Both the position numbers and the translations under genes were made by a program. Below the pieces are notes generated by a model that was not told the origin of the DNA, made no database searches, and saw nothing but the letters and a program-made list of their open reading frames with translations. From positions 1 through 50,479 of the forward strand of contig JAHBMJ010000343.1 of assembly GCA_018398765.1 (NCBI GenBank): DNA of 50,479 nucleotides. The letters run 5' to 3'. This stretch comes from Chromera velia. Taxonomy: Eukaryota. This document shows positions 23,654 to 36,119 of the stretch, piece by piece (position 1 is the stretch's first letter; every line of letters starts with the position of its first letter).

Positions 23654-23998
23654 CTAGGCAACATCTGGATCCTTCCATTTTGTAAGACAATCAGCCATCT
23701 GGCTAACATCACCATCGACATACTCGAACGTAGCACCGACAGCTTCGATCTCTTGCAAAGCAAAAAGCAAACGACCTTGGAGAGTAGGTTCTTTCTTGCA
23801 AACGCGATTCTTCAATTGTTTAACCAACGCTGCACTATCAGTCAAAACACATACTTTCACTCTGCCAAAAAGCAAACGAGCGACTCTCAAAAGCAATGGC
23901 ATTCGCAACACACCTTGACAGAGAGTGAGAAGCTCTGCTCCTGCAGTGGAACGTATAAGTCGCTTCTCTCTATGACTGAACCAATCAATCAGATTCAC
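23654..23998 (-). pseudogene. Copia RNase H
   Basis: DWFSHREKRLIRSTAGAELL...LTDSAAL...QMADCLTK. Confidence 0.92.
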
Positions 23999-24283
23999 AC
24001 AACACGTCAGCGGCCAGCTCTAATCGGCAAGCTGAAAAATAAATCCGCTTCTTGATTCACAAGTGTGATCACAGTAGGCTGCATCCACAAACAAACGCAA
24101 CTCAGGCATAGAGACAGCAAAAAAGAACAGCTCTCATACTTTCTCGACAGCAATAAAAAGAACAGTTGCGAAAGTACGCAAAAGACGCTGGCTCGGTCTG
24201 GATGCCCATCGAGATAATTATGAAAAAGCAAAAGCAAGATCGAACCTGGTCTTGCATAACCAACCGAGCATTTCAAGAAGAGT

Positions 24284-25456
24284 TCAAAAAGTCCCTTCCA
24301 ATTTCATGTCTATCTCTTTCTCTTCAGGCTTCTCGAAATCTGCTTTCTCCAGCTTTCTGCTTCTCTTAGGCTCAGGCAGAGAGTCTGTACTAATGTATTT
24401 CTTCTGTCCTTGTTTGATCACCCCTTTCTGATTATCATGAGAGAGATCAAGTCCAACGACTTTCCTTCCTCCAGGTCCGATCAGTTCAGGCTCATCGCAT
24501 TCAACACGCTTTCTGAATTGTCTCAAAGTCTCGAGCAGGTCAGGCAAAATTAAAAGTAAGTCATCTATATGCATTTGTACTGCCGCTGTGATGTCTACCT
24601 GAGGAACATCGGCCCACGACTTGCTGTCTGAAGAGCAAACAAGAGAAGGAAGAGGAGAGCAGGTCTGGATGAGGATCGACTCAGCACACTTAAAAAAGGA
24701 AAAAAGAGAATGCAAAACTTTTTTAAGCCACTGAATGAAGATTCTCGGACTGTCTTTCAAACCATAAAGAGCTTTCAGAATTTGATATACCCCTCCAGGC
24801 CGAAAACTCCATTTTTTTTCCTTTAAAAAAAACTGAGGCATCTTCACGCGCACCGCAGAGGTGGCAGAGCCAGTGATAGGCGCCTGAAGGAAAGCACACG
24901 TCACATCTGTTAGAGTAAGGGCCCATCCTTTCACCCAACAGAAAATAAAGAAAAGGCAAAAGATTAATGCATCAGGTGTGCCTGCATACGTTTCATAGTC
25001 ACGTTGATCTCTTCCTGAATGTCCTACACAGACAAGACATGCCTTTGGGACTCTTTTTCCATCTTTCAATTTCCACGTCAACACCCACTTGCACAGAAGA
25101 AGAAAAGAACAGAGAGTAGAGAGGACAGAGGAGAATTTGAGAGTAGGAATAGACGCAGCAGGAATTTCATCAGCATCCCCTAAAACAGAAAATCTCTCGA
25201 ACTTGTCAAGCTTGCTGTTCATTGCTTCATTGAACAGACCTTCTTTCACAGCAGGATTAGAGAAGGAAACAGGAATCTGGTTCTTTCCCGAATTGTTTAG
25301 AGACTCAGGCAAAGTGTAAGAAAGATCAGCTGGCTTCTCTTTCTGCTTGCATACGTACGCCTTGTGCTCTTTTTCAAAGCAAAACCTACACACAGCCGTA
25401 CGCTGAGTATCAGTTGACTCATCTAACTCAATAGGTTCCCCCCAAATAATCTCTGA
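24284..25456 (-). pseudogene. Copia reverse transcriptase preceded by a CCHC zinc knuckle
   Basis: CKWVLTWK...KACLV; DVTCAFLQAP; LKALYGLKDSPR; HIDDLL. CRFCFEKEHKAYVC lies at the N-terminus. Confidence 0.92.
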
Positions 25457-25784
25457 CTATGAAGACTCAGAAGAAGAAGAAAGAGGAGACAGAGAAAAAG
25501 AAGAAGAAGAAGAAGAAGAAGAACGAAAAGAAAAATCGTCTTGTTTCTTTGCTTTAATTCCGTTTTCATTTTCATGCCCCCCCCGACCTACAGTCTTCCC
25601 TTTGTTCATCTGTTCCCCCCTGTAAAGAAGGCCGGGCATCTCCCAACATCCACTCTCCCACATGATCAACCAGTCCCGAAGAAAGTAAACTTGCTTACGA
25701 GCAAGACTTCACACCATGTTTGAGAGGATGCACGCGAACAACCCGTGACCAGTCTGAAGAAAAGGCACTCCATTCCGCAAGCAT

Positions 25785-26666
25785 CTATTCATATGGTGAC
25801 ACCGCGCAAAGGAAAATGCATACCTTTCCCGGAGGGTGGAGAGTATTCTCGACTTTCTTGTGAAAGGGTGGGATGTAGACAACAGGATCTCCCAGCATGT
25901 ATGTCACCTTTGGCCGAACACCCAAGGCAGTGCGCAGAGGAGAACGACCTGTCTTTCCTGACACTGTTCGGTTGTATGAATATTTAACCGCCCGCAACAT
26001 ACAAGGGAAGAAACAAAGATGAAGTTTGTATGTATGAATGAACGACCTGAGACCTGCTCTCGCTGTTCGAATCCACCTTTCAGCAGGTCTATCAGAAGAG
26101 TCAGGAGGCCTTGGACAGACATGCACACCCCTCTCTTCCAACATTACCTTTACCTTCCCTTTACAAATCTCTTCCGCATTGTCTGAAACAAACTTCTTCA
26201 TAAGACCGTACGCATTTATCCATTCGCACACTGCAGCTAAAGGCCCACTGTCTGTCCTTCTTTTCATTACCCTCGTAAGCATCACCCCTTTCTTTGTATC
26301 CCTCATCACAAACACCCAACGGAACCCCAAAAGAGAGACCTTCCGACCGATTTCAGGATCGAGTCAACTAACCTTGAAAATGTCTGCCCACACCTCGTCT
26401 AACCATGAGAGTTAAGCGCGAGACGTAGACGGAGGGGAAGAGTGGTGGGTAGCATTCACAAGACAGCAGGATAAACACCACTTGAGGGCAGCTTCTGTAT
26501 GAGACTGAGGGACAGAAAGAATGTGTTGGTAATTCTGTTTGTGTTCTTTCATCGTTATAAGAAGGCGAGGAAAAGAAGCATGACCAAAACGAACATGTTG
26601 TCTCAGTATGCGAAAAATCACAGAAGAAGGAACAAGAACGGGAGAACGAAGATTGCTTGGGTGCAC
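25785..26666 (-). pseudogene. Copia integrase (HHCC and core), frameshifted
   Basis: HVRFGHAS...CLSC; FVSDNAEE; RPAERWIRT; AVKYSYNR. Confidence 0.88.
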
Positions 26667-28925
26667 GGCGACTCCCTACTTGCCGGTGAAGACAGAAGAG
26701 GAGCCGTCTTGATGGACAGGAAGCCCTTTCTTGGAGAGAAGAGTCTGCAGAGGGAACAAACCCAAAGAGACAATCACTTTTCTACCAACTAAAGATGCAA
26801 GACTAAATCGGGAAAACCAGTTTCGTTCAACACAAGAAAGAGCATACAAATAGTAAAGCACATACGTGGCCTACGGCTCACATGCAACGACTGTGTTTGC
26901 AAGCACTGCGTATGCAGGGACTTCCTTGCTGACCGTGTAAACCCGGATGCAAGTCGACGCCCGGAAAGGGTACGCTCCCTGTAGATCGAATTCAGACTGT
27001 AACCCAACCCGCACAAACTTCCCGCCATTGCTGCGCACAACTGCTGTGCCGTTAAATTGGTCTACCGTCCCCACATGAATGAGGAGATCTGCATCTGCCG
27101 GAGGCTTGTGCCTTTAAAAGTGGACTTTTGCCCTCAAGTCGGACTTTTATCTTAACTCATTCAAAAAAGCCTAAATTTTAGCCTGAATTTGAAATCTTCC
27201 ACCTAATACCATATAATTGAGAATGAAAGAGATGATCATACATTATTTATTCATCAACTAATTATTTATAAAAAAATATAATATGACTATATCAGTTATA
27301 TACAATGTGGCACATTTTGTAGAAACTAATACACTGTCATACAATCTTAAATTTCTTTGAAATCTAATTTATCTGGACTGAGTGGTTTATGGTGGTTTAA
27401 AAGTTAATTATAAACATTTTTTTTACAAAATATTTAATAGTCTATTAATTAGTAATAAAAACTAGAAAACTGCTTTGTCAGATGATCCGACTCAGATCCG
27501 CGCTTTAAGTACTGAACAAATTAAATTTTTAAATTATTTTTCATAAATGCATGTCACTGAATTTTTTAAAAAGAAGCCGGCCTGGGATCTAACTTCAAAA
27601 CAGCTTGCACACACCCAGCTTTATATAGCGTGCATGCGTCGAACTCAGCAGCTGATACAAGTGTTTCAAAGTTAAATGTTTTGGCACAGTTTAGCTATCA
27701 TTTACATACATGTGTATGGAAACACGTGAACTTCAAGCAAAAATGACACCCTGGGCTGGGGGTTGCATCTAAAGCGAATCCCATTGGCGCAAGTCGTTGC
27801 TTATCGATCTACAACTTTCAAATCAGGAAGGAATGCAGCTGCATACATACCATCATACAAGATTCATGTGGTTTAAACCAATGGCATAGCGATTGGAAAG
27901 GAAAGAGTAATTCACATAGTAACAGAGAGAAAAGAAAGGTGCATGATTTCAATGGAGGATTTCCTTCAATGAAGAGTCAAAAAGAGAAGAAAAAGACAGA
28001 AAAAAGACTCCGAGAGAGAAGAAAAAAAGAAGGGGGAAGGAGAGCAGGTAAAAAAAGCTTGGCTAGGGAGCTTTGGGGATTATACAGAAAGAGGAGGAGA
28101 CAGTCACTATAGGAAGGAGAGAAGCGAGTCCAAAGAGAAAGTCGCAGTCGAGAGTCTGCATGACGGGATTAAAAGAAGGAAAAACGGAGTAAACGTACAC
28201 AGGATTAAGACAATTTAAAGGAGAGATAAATGGAGAAAAACAAAAGAGAAAGCGAAGATGAAACAGGAAGGAAGGGAAAATACTGGGAGGAGGCGGAAAG
28301 GGAGGTGCCAGAGCAGAGACGGACTCCGAGTTGATGTCAGAGCAGAGACAGAGGGACAGATAGAGAAAGATCTAGGGAGAGAAGGGGAGGGAAGGAGGGG
28401 AGAAAGAAGTCAAACAGACAATGATGTATACACATAACCAAACATGCTTGCGTCAGCTTGTGGACACCGGCGTATATCAATACAGACACAGACACTGTAA
28501 CACATGGACACGTACAGTTACGGATGCATACATACACACACACACACACATACACATACACACATACACACACAGACATACACATAGAGAGAGAGAGGGA
28601 GAAAGAGAGAGCACGTGACAGAAAGAGTGAATGAAGAACTCATAGAAAAAGGCACGAGGAGAGAAAAGAGGGAGAGAGAGAGAGAGAGAGGGGGGGGGGG
28701 GGGGGGGGGGGGGGGGGAGAGGGAGAGGGAGAGGGAGGGAGAGGTAGACACAGATATAGGTATGCTGAGGCTCGGATAAGAGAGGTTCCTTTCTGACAGT
28801 TCAAAGCTCTACTTGGCAGCAGTAGAAAACACCACCACAACACACAAACAACACTGTCAAACAGGGTGGACTGCAATAAACAGAAAGGAGAGCAGGGGTA
28901 TAAAAGCAGAGGAAAGTACGTGATC

Positions 28926-29181
28926 TGGGTAAAAATGTAGGGGAGTCTGAGGGGGGGCACATTTTTACTGACAACAGCCCCTTCTCGGTAAAAATGCAGG
29001 GGGTTGAGGGGGGTGGCGCATACAAAGCAGCAGAGAAAAGGACAGAAAACAACTTCTTGATACACAACAGATACAGAAAAATTTCAAAGTGGGAGTAGGG
29101 GGGGTGCATTTTTACCGAGCAGGGGCCGTTGTCGGTAAAAATGCGCCCCCCGGCCCCCAGACCCACCTGCATTTTTACCCA
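28926..29181. mobile_element. MITE-like foldback with ~75-bp arms built from GGTAAAAATG motifs in both orientations
   Basis: 28926-28998 pairs with 29106-29181; six copies of the motif. No TSD seen. Confidence 0.7.
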
Positions 29182-29289
29182 CGACTGACTAAGATCAAGA
29201 AATTCAACCAAGACTCACTGAAGCAAGACTGACCATCGCTGGACTTCTGCTCGAGGCTCCTACGATTGTTGAAGTACTTGAAGCATAAT

Positions 29290-30008
29290 TGAAGACGTAC
29301 CTGCACACAACATCACATGCAAGTATCTGCATGAGAATCAGATCGACCAAAGAGAGATCCCATATCATGGGTCTCCTGGACAGATTGAGAAGGTAAGGAA
29401 CGGAACACAAAGTGCATGAGAAGTGAACACAGAAACTCTAGATGCCTGCCAAGTTAGCCAAGTTAGCCGGGTGGGCTCCCCGTCCTCTCCGACCGCATAC
29501 AGATTTCATCCTTCCCGATGTTTGCAAGTCAAATTTTGTCTGAGAGGATCAAGCAGAAATGACAGATTTCGGTTTTGGTCACCCTAGAAAGCTTCTATGG
29601 GTGCCTAGCAAGATCCATTGGGGTTTCTTCTTTGAAGACTTTCCCCGTAACTGTATGGACCTTCATATATGGCGATGTGAAGGTAAAGAAGCGCCTATGT
29701 TTCAAGAAGAGCTAGGATAAGAGACCTTTTTCATTCCCGCAGAAGTCTACTTGTCTTTGAACTTTACCCCTAAAGCTGATGAAGAGAGAGGGAAGTGGTT
29801 AGATGGGTATAAGAAACTGCTGACAGAGAGATGTCATTTCAAGGAGCCCAAAGAGGTCTCCTCCTGTCAGTCGAGACACGTCCTTTTCCGACTCTGCTTT
29901 CCGCTTTCTTCCTATCCGGAGGAATGCAAAGAGGTGGGTGAATTTATTCGTCTCCTCCGGCCTTTTGTAGAGAGTTTCCGTCTGCATACAGACGGCCTTG
30001 ATGGTTGA
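29290..30008 (+). pseudogene. Possible decayed protein kinase fragment
   Basis: CKYLHENQI..., a GTAAG donor at ~29393, a CAG acceptor at ~29502, then ILPDVCKSNFV*EDQAEMTDFGFG, resembling HxDxxxxN...DFG. Stops are present and exon phases do not join cleanly. Confidence 0.4.
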
Positions 30009-30280
30009 AAGGTCTCTGATCAGATAGAAGTCACGCGATCTGCCCCTGTTCAGTTGTTATTCGCTGAGGGGTTGCACTTGGTTGACTCTGGGGCCTTTAA
30101 CTGTGCTCATGGGTGGGGGTGAGGGATCAGAGAGAAGCTGTATAGGAGTAGAGGGATGTAAAAAGGAGGGGAGGAGGGGAAAGGGTCAAATGACGAGGTT
30201 TTCAATGGGAACAGATGGACAGATAGACCGTGGGGGAATGGATGAAGAAGAATTGAATTCCGCCCATGCATGTCTCCGGA

Positions 30281-31560
30281 CTCCCGGGTTCCAAATAATA
30301 AATTAATTCCTAACTTTCCCTCTTTCCCTCTTTTCTTCCCTCCCTCTATTCATCCCTTCCTTCCTAGCATTTCGACTGACGGCTGGTTTTTTCACTTTCG
30401 TCTCCTTTTCTCCCTCCTTTTTGCCTGATGAGTGATCGATGGAATAAATGAATGACGGAGGGAAAGGGAATTCATCCATTCAATTTGGGAACTTCCCCGA
30501 CTGGGTATACAGCAAGGGGAGGGAGATTATGGAGGGCACTTGCGATGAATTCACAACACTTGCAGCTTCTCTTCTCTTCTCTTTCATCTCTTCATCTAGC
30601 TTTCCTCTTCCTTCTGCATTGTAGAAAGCAAGGCAGACCCAGGGATAAGGGCAGGGCACATACAATCGGGGCGGAGACAGGGAGAGTTTCTCGGTAATGA
30701 CCATACATGCAGCGGTTGACGCGTCCTTAAATTCCTCTGTCCTTCTAGCTCTCTTTCCTTCTCCTCTTTCTCTCTTGATAGAATCTACTTCCTTGTACTC
30801 TACTGCTTCAACTGTGTTGTATACGTCGTTTTTGTCCGAACATTTGTAGGTTTGAATTGGTAAATTCATTCCTCTGTCTCCTCCTTCCTCCATCCATCCA
30901 CCCCTTCCTTCCTTCCTCCCTTAGCATTTCGACTGACGACTGGTTTCTTCACCTTCGACTCCTCTCTTCTCATCTCCTCTGCTCTCCTCTGTCCTCTTTT
31001 TGGTCTCATGAGAGATCGATAGAATGAATGAATGAATGAATAAATGAATGAAGAAGGGAAGAAGGAGTCACCCAACTTCCCCCGCTGGGTACACAGTAAG
31101 CAAAGGGAGATAATGGAGCGCACTTACATTGAATTCACTACATCATAACCTAATTCACACTCATGACTTATCTTCTGTCTCATCTTTCCGTCTCTCTTCT
31201 GCATTGAAGGAAGCAACGGAGAGTGGAGGGTGCGATTGGGGGGGGATGCGTCTCCCCTCTGAGTTCCTGCATGTCTTTCTGTCGAACAAATGTAGGAAGG
31301 AATGGATCTTATGTTGCATTGTATTCTTTTTTTTTGTATTTCACTGCCTGCATTGTCTTGTATGCCCAGCCCCCCTCTGGAATGACCTCAATAATTCAGC
31401 CGGAAGAGGATGGATGACTTCCTTCTTCTCTTCACCTCGCGTGCTTCTTTGCTATTCTATGACCAGCATTTAGACTAGTGGGTGACCTTCTCTCCCTTCT
31501 CCTTTCAACCTCGATACATGGTCACTGAATTCACAGCCCTTTCGGATCGTCTACCCTCTC
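30281..31560. repeat. Dispersed ~1.3-kb repeat, copy 1, with an internal ~600-bp tandem duplication
   Basis: Collinear with 41861-43245. ORF pairs 30452/42049 and 30480/42077 are near-identical. Confidence 0.9.
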
Positions 31561-32779
31561 CTCTTTTTTTGTTGTCGCTTTCTCTTCGTACGTTTAGAAT
31601 GGGAGGCAGGGAGGTGTATGGGGAGAATGGGAGTATTTTGATGCGATCACATGCATGTGAGGACGGAAAGTTTGTCTGTCAACAACTTATTAATGCAGTC
31701 AGGGGCGCGTACTCCTGCATTCTTTTTTTTTTTTGTCGTTTGCCCCTTAGCTACCGTTCTGTTGGTGCTTCTCATTGAGTCGGAGCACCAAAGTTCGATC
31801 CGTTTTTGTCAGGAGCGACGTCTTCCTTTTTTTCTCTATTTCTTTCTGTTTGCCTGTGTGTTTATGTGTCGCTTTAGAAGGAACAGAAAAAACAAATAAC
31901 AATCCTTTCCGCAGTATAAGGGCATGATTGATTTTGATTTGATGGAAGGTTGTTTTTGTCAATCGAAGTAGAGATTGTGCACTATTTTTTTTTCTCTATT
32001 TCCACGGTATCTATCGGACTGCACTTTTGAAAGAAAAAGAGGGAGGAAGGGAGGGAGGTATGGTATGAGATTTGCAGGAGACAGGAGGAAGCAGACCGAT
32101 CAATCGACTGATTGGTTTTTCGTGCCTTCTGATTCTGTGGGGACTGACCACGTCATGTGTCTCTCTCCCTCTTCATTATTGAAATACAGCGACCTACAAG
32201 AAAAAGAATTTGAAGTAAAAAAGTGGAAGAGACTATATGAATCATCATCTAAGGGGCGGCTTTCAATCTGTTTGATAATGCAGGGGGAAAGATTGAAGAA
32301 GAGGACATGGATATGCAAGCAAGTAAGCAAGCAAGCAAAAAATCAAGAAAGGATCACGTGAAACCTTTACGCCGCTTGCAAGGCCTGTCTCGCAAGGAGG
32401 AAAACAAGTTAGTCGCAGGTGGGGGCGTTCTGCCAGATTCTTGATTCACCCGCAGCTATCGGGTTTCTTGAGACCGTCTGAGAAGCCAGGTGAACGGAGT
32501 CTGAACGAACGCAGCGCCACAGGGAGTTGGATGGTCACGAAGGAATACATGTCTTGGAAGCATCCTGAAGGCAGTCTGTCTGTCTACCTCCATTGATTTT
32601 CTCTCTCGGCATGGGCCTTGCAGACAAAATAATGACATGCAGACACACAAACAAAGAGCTGACCGCCAAATCGAAAGAACTTCATCCAGTCAACAGATAG
32701 AAGGGCTGAGGGGTGGAGTTCGTCTGTCACTCTCGGAACTCTTTCCTGGACCATCTGTTTGTCATTTCTCTTTCGTCTT

Positions 32780-32827
<48 letters not shown>

Positions 32828-34230
32828 CCTCTCTCTTTCTCTCTCTGAGGAGTCGAGACCACAGCCATTCAGATTCCCCTGCAGCTTCTGCCGGGTCGAC
32901 AGAATTGGTCTGTGTGACGTCTCCCTCTCTTTCTCTATCTCTTTTTTCTCTTTGTGTGTGTGGGTGTTTTGAGTTCTCTTCGACCCAAATCTCGTTTGTG
33001 ACCATCATGATTTTCTGTTCGGTTTTCGAATCCTTATCGTCTTTCAGAGACGGGGAGAAGCAGAAAGGTTGTTGCCACATGCAAAGAATCCGGGGGGGTC
33101 AGTGAGCGCGTTCCCTTTTTTTTCGGCCGCTTCTTGCATGGCCTGTGTACTTGGAGCTTTGTGTGCCTTTTTTATGATTTCTTTTCTTTTTTTTTTTTTT
33201 CTTTGCTTTCCTTTGCTTTTCCAATATACGTCTGGGCTGTGTTTGGGCTGATGGTCTTGCAATCATTATCGGTCAATGGGTTGATTGGGGGTGTTAGTGG
33301 GCGTTTTCTGTGATTGATCGATGGCTTTTTGATTCTTTCATTCGCGTGTATGTGTGCATGATCGCTCCATACATAATTCAAAGGATTGACAAGATTGATA
33401 TGTTTAGACTTCAATCCGGCAGTCTCTTCCTTCGCCTGCATTGTCAATCGGTCGATGAAACGATGATGTTGGCTGGGGTACAAGAGGGGTTCTTCTTCCA
33501 CTGAACAAAGCGGGTGCATGCTTTCTCTAGCCTGAGTTGTCTCTTCAATCGTGCTTAAATTAATTATATGTTGTCTTTATCTAAAGAGCGATCAATTGAG
33601 GGTGCCTACACAAATGTATAACCATTTTCAGCATGACAAGGAAAACACCCTAGAAAACACCAGGAGAACATTGAGATCCGTTTTGCTTAATCTGCTGTAG
33701 AAAAGACTGCACTTAGTGTACATTATTGATAGTACCTAGATTTAACTAACAATCTGCCTTGCGTGTCTTGACGTGTTGAACGCTAGACACCCATTATAGG
33801 CGCCGATGGGCGATAGCGATATGGCGTATGATGATGATGATGATGACTCTTGGACCTAGATCGACTTAGATCAAGACTAGACAATATTTAGGTCAAATTG
33901 AATATATTTACTTGTTGTTTCCTGTATATAGGCTGTTGATCAAAGTAAACTACACTGAAAGTATAGTGTGATTAGTGATTAGTGATTAGTGGTGCCCTAG
34001 AGCACTGTTACCGTTTTGTCTTATAGAGGTTGCCCCCGCAAACGGCAGGGTACCCTACTATATTGTGTTACACAATGTAATCCTGTAATCCTAAATATCA
34101 GTTTGCATGGAAATCGATGCTTTAAATTATTTTTTATAGATTATTTAAAAATTTATTTTAAATGATACACCAAATTTAATTAGTATATACCGGGCATTAT
34201 ACCCGACATAAAGGCTAGCATAAAGGGAAT

Positions 34231-34461
34231 CTAGGCGCCGGCTAGAAAAAAAAAAAAAAGATCCCCCAAAACCTTTTACTTTTTTTTTTTCTGTATCAGT
34301 CAAATAACTGTTGTTCAAGTGTTGTACAATTAAGTGTTGTTTGTTTGTTGCACAACTGTTGCTAAGTGTTGTTCAAGGTTGAAAAGTCAAAAAAAAAAAA
34401 AAAAGATCTCCTCAAATCGCTTATTTTTTTTTCTTTTTTTTTTTCTCTAGCCGGCGCCTAG
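34231..34461. mobile_element. 231-bp MITE with 16-bp perfect TIRs and an 8-bp TSD (hAT-like)
   Basis: ctaggcgccggctaga...tctagccggcgcctag, with AAGGGAAT at 34223-34230 and 34462-34469. Confidence 0.92.
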
Positions 34462-35271
34462 AAGGGAATCAATTAAACGTAAAAAACAATATAGTAATCA
34501 TTGATTTTTACTAAGATGGCGCAATACAAAGTGAGGCTCCGACTAGGACTCCGAACTGCATCGGTTCTGTAGAGGCGTCGTTTAAAGCGAACACATCCAA
34601 TACATATTCACATATGCAGATCCATGCAGATTATGCAGACCTCTTTCCCCCCCTTGACTGCATGACTCTCGCCTTTCTATAGGCTGGGAGCCCATAACTG
34701 GGCCATAAGACGAAACGGCTGCAGATACAGGCGAGAATGAACGTACATACACACAGTGAAAAGGAGCGGAAAAGGACGTCTTGAATGTGAAGCAAACAAA
34801 CACACCATGCAGGCTGAGCGAAACGCCGTCGATCCTCCCCCAGGCGCACACGCAAGCACGAATCCCGTCATGCGGTCACTCTTCTCCTTCAGTATTCACC
34901 CCCTTATTATCCAACAAGTCTGCTCTCTATACACAACACCAACACAGGGTTGGAATCAGAAGAAGAGAGTTCCAGACAAAAAAGAAAATCTTTGAGACAA
35001 AAAAAAGCTTCCTGTGAAGGAAACAGAAGGAGAGGGAAAGAGAAAGACTGGAGAATCAGCGCAGAAAAAGAAAAAAAAGACTGCAGAGGCGGAGAAGACG
35101 AGACGAATGCAGGCAGGTGAAATCAGACCAATGGTCAAGACGATCGAGACGAATGACAACGGTCAGAAAGATCCATGCATAAACTAGGACGGTTGATAGA
35201 ACATGCAAAGACAGTCAACAGAAAAAAGATAGGCAGCACAAAGCAGCTAGACAGCTGCACAGGTAGTGCAA

Positions 35272-35370
35272 AGAAAGAAAGACAGAAAGAAAGAAAGAAT
35301 GAAAGAAAGAAAGAAAGAATGAATGAAAGAAAGAAAAAAAGAAAGAAAGAAAGAAAGAAAGAATGAATGA

Positions 35371-35418
<48 letters not shown>

Positions 35419-35420
35419 GA
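35272..35420. repeat. (GAAA)n/(GAAT)n microsatellite
   Basis: Directly visible. Confidence 0.95.
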
Positions 35421-36119
35421 GATGTATGTCCTCGCTGACGCTCATGCAGTCACTTCACTGACTTCACTCACTGCTAACTTCGATTCTTCCCCCCCCCGAG
35501 ATCGCATGCTGTGCATGCTGATGTGGATCTATCCCGGACAGGCCCATCGGCCCGGACGCCACCGGTCCGTGTCATTGACCCATAATCCAACACTGGGCCC
35601 ACAAAAGCAGACCATGCAATGCACGTGTGATACAGGATGGTCACTATGGTCGCCTTCGCTGTGAGTAGCTGTGAGCAAACAGGACGACTTTGGTCGCTGG
35701 GCCCACAAAAGCAGACCAACGTGTGTGTGATCTAGTACGGTCTCGTCCACTCACCCCCTCAGTCACTCACCCACCACTCCCCTCTCTTGGTCTCTCTGCT
35801 CAATGACATGAGCTTGAGACATCCCTTCGAGTTCTCGCATAATTGACGCAAGACTCGGCCTCGAGGCTCAAATGTTAACCTCCTGTCTGTTTTTCCACAA
35901 TTAAGGCGAAGTGATCACGCGAGTGTGCAAGACCGAGGAAAGGATGATCAGAGGGCCGTCAGAGACGTACGGGGAAAGCGCGGAAAAACGAAAAGGAAGT
36001 AAAGGAAACGATTTGAATCAGAACTAGGAAGAGGCGTTCAGCATCTCACGCACGCGAGATTCCAGAGTGACGTAACAGAGTAGGCAGGCGGGCAGGAAAA
36101 GGTCAACAGTGGCATGCAC

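Larger units (their letters stand above)
23411..27112 (-). mobile_element. 5'-truncated, degenerate Ty1/Copia LTR retrotransposon
   Basis: Order is pre-integrase HHCC, IN, RT, RNase H, PPT, then a TG...CA LTR candidate. Gag and the 5' LTR are absent from the window. Confidence 0.92.

Noticed and set aside
26060..26080. GTTCGAATCC T-loop-like motif
   Set aside because: It lies inside Copia integrase with no cloverleaf. No tRNA or rRNA was found in the window.
35590..35730. Doubled ctgggcccacaaaagcagacca block
   Set aside because: A local ~105-bp duplication with no further structure.
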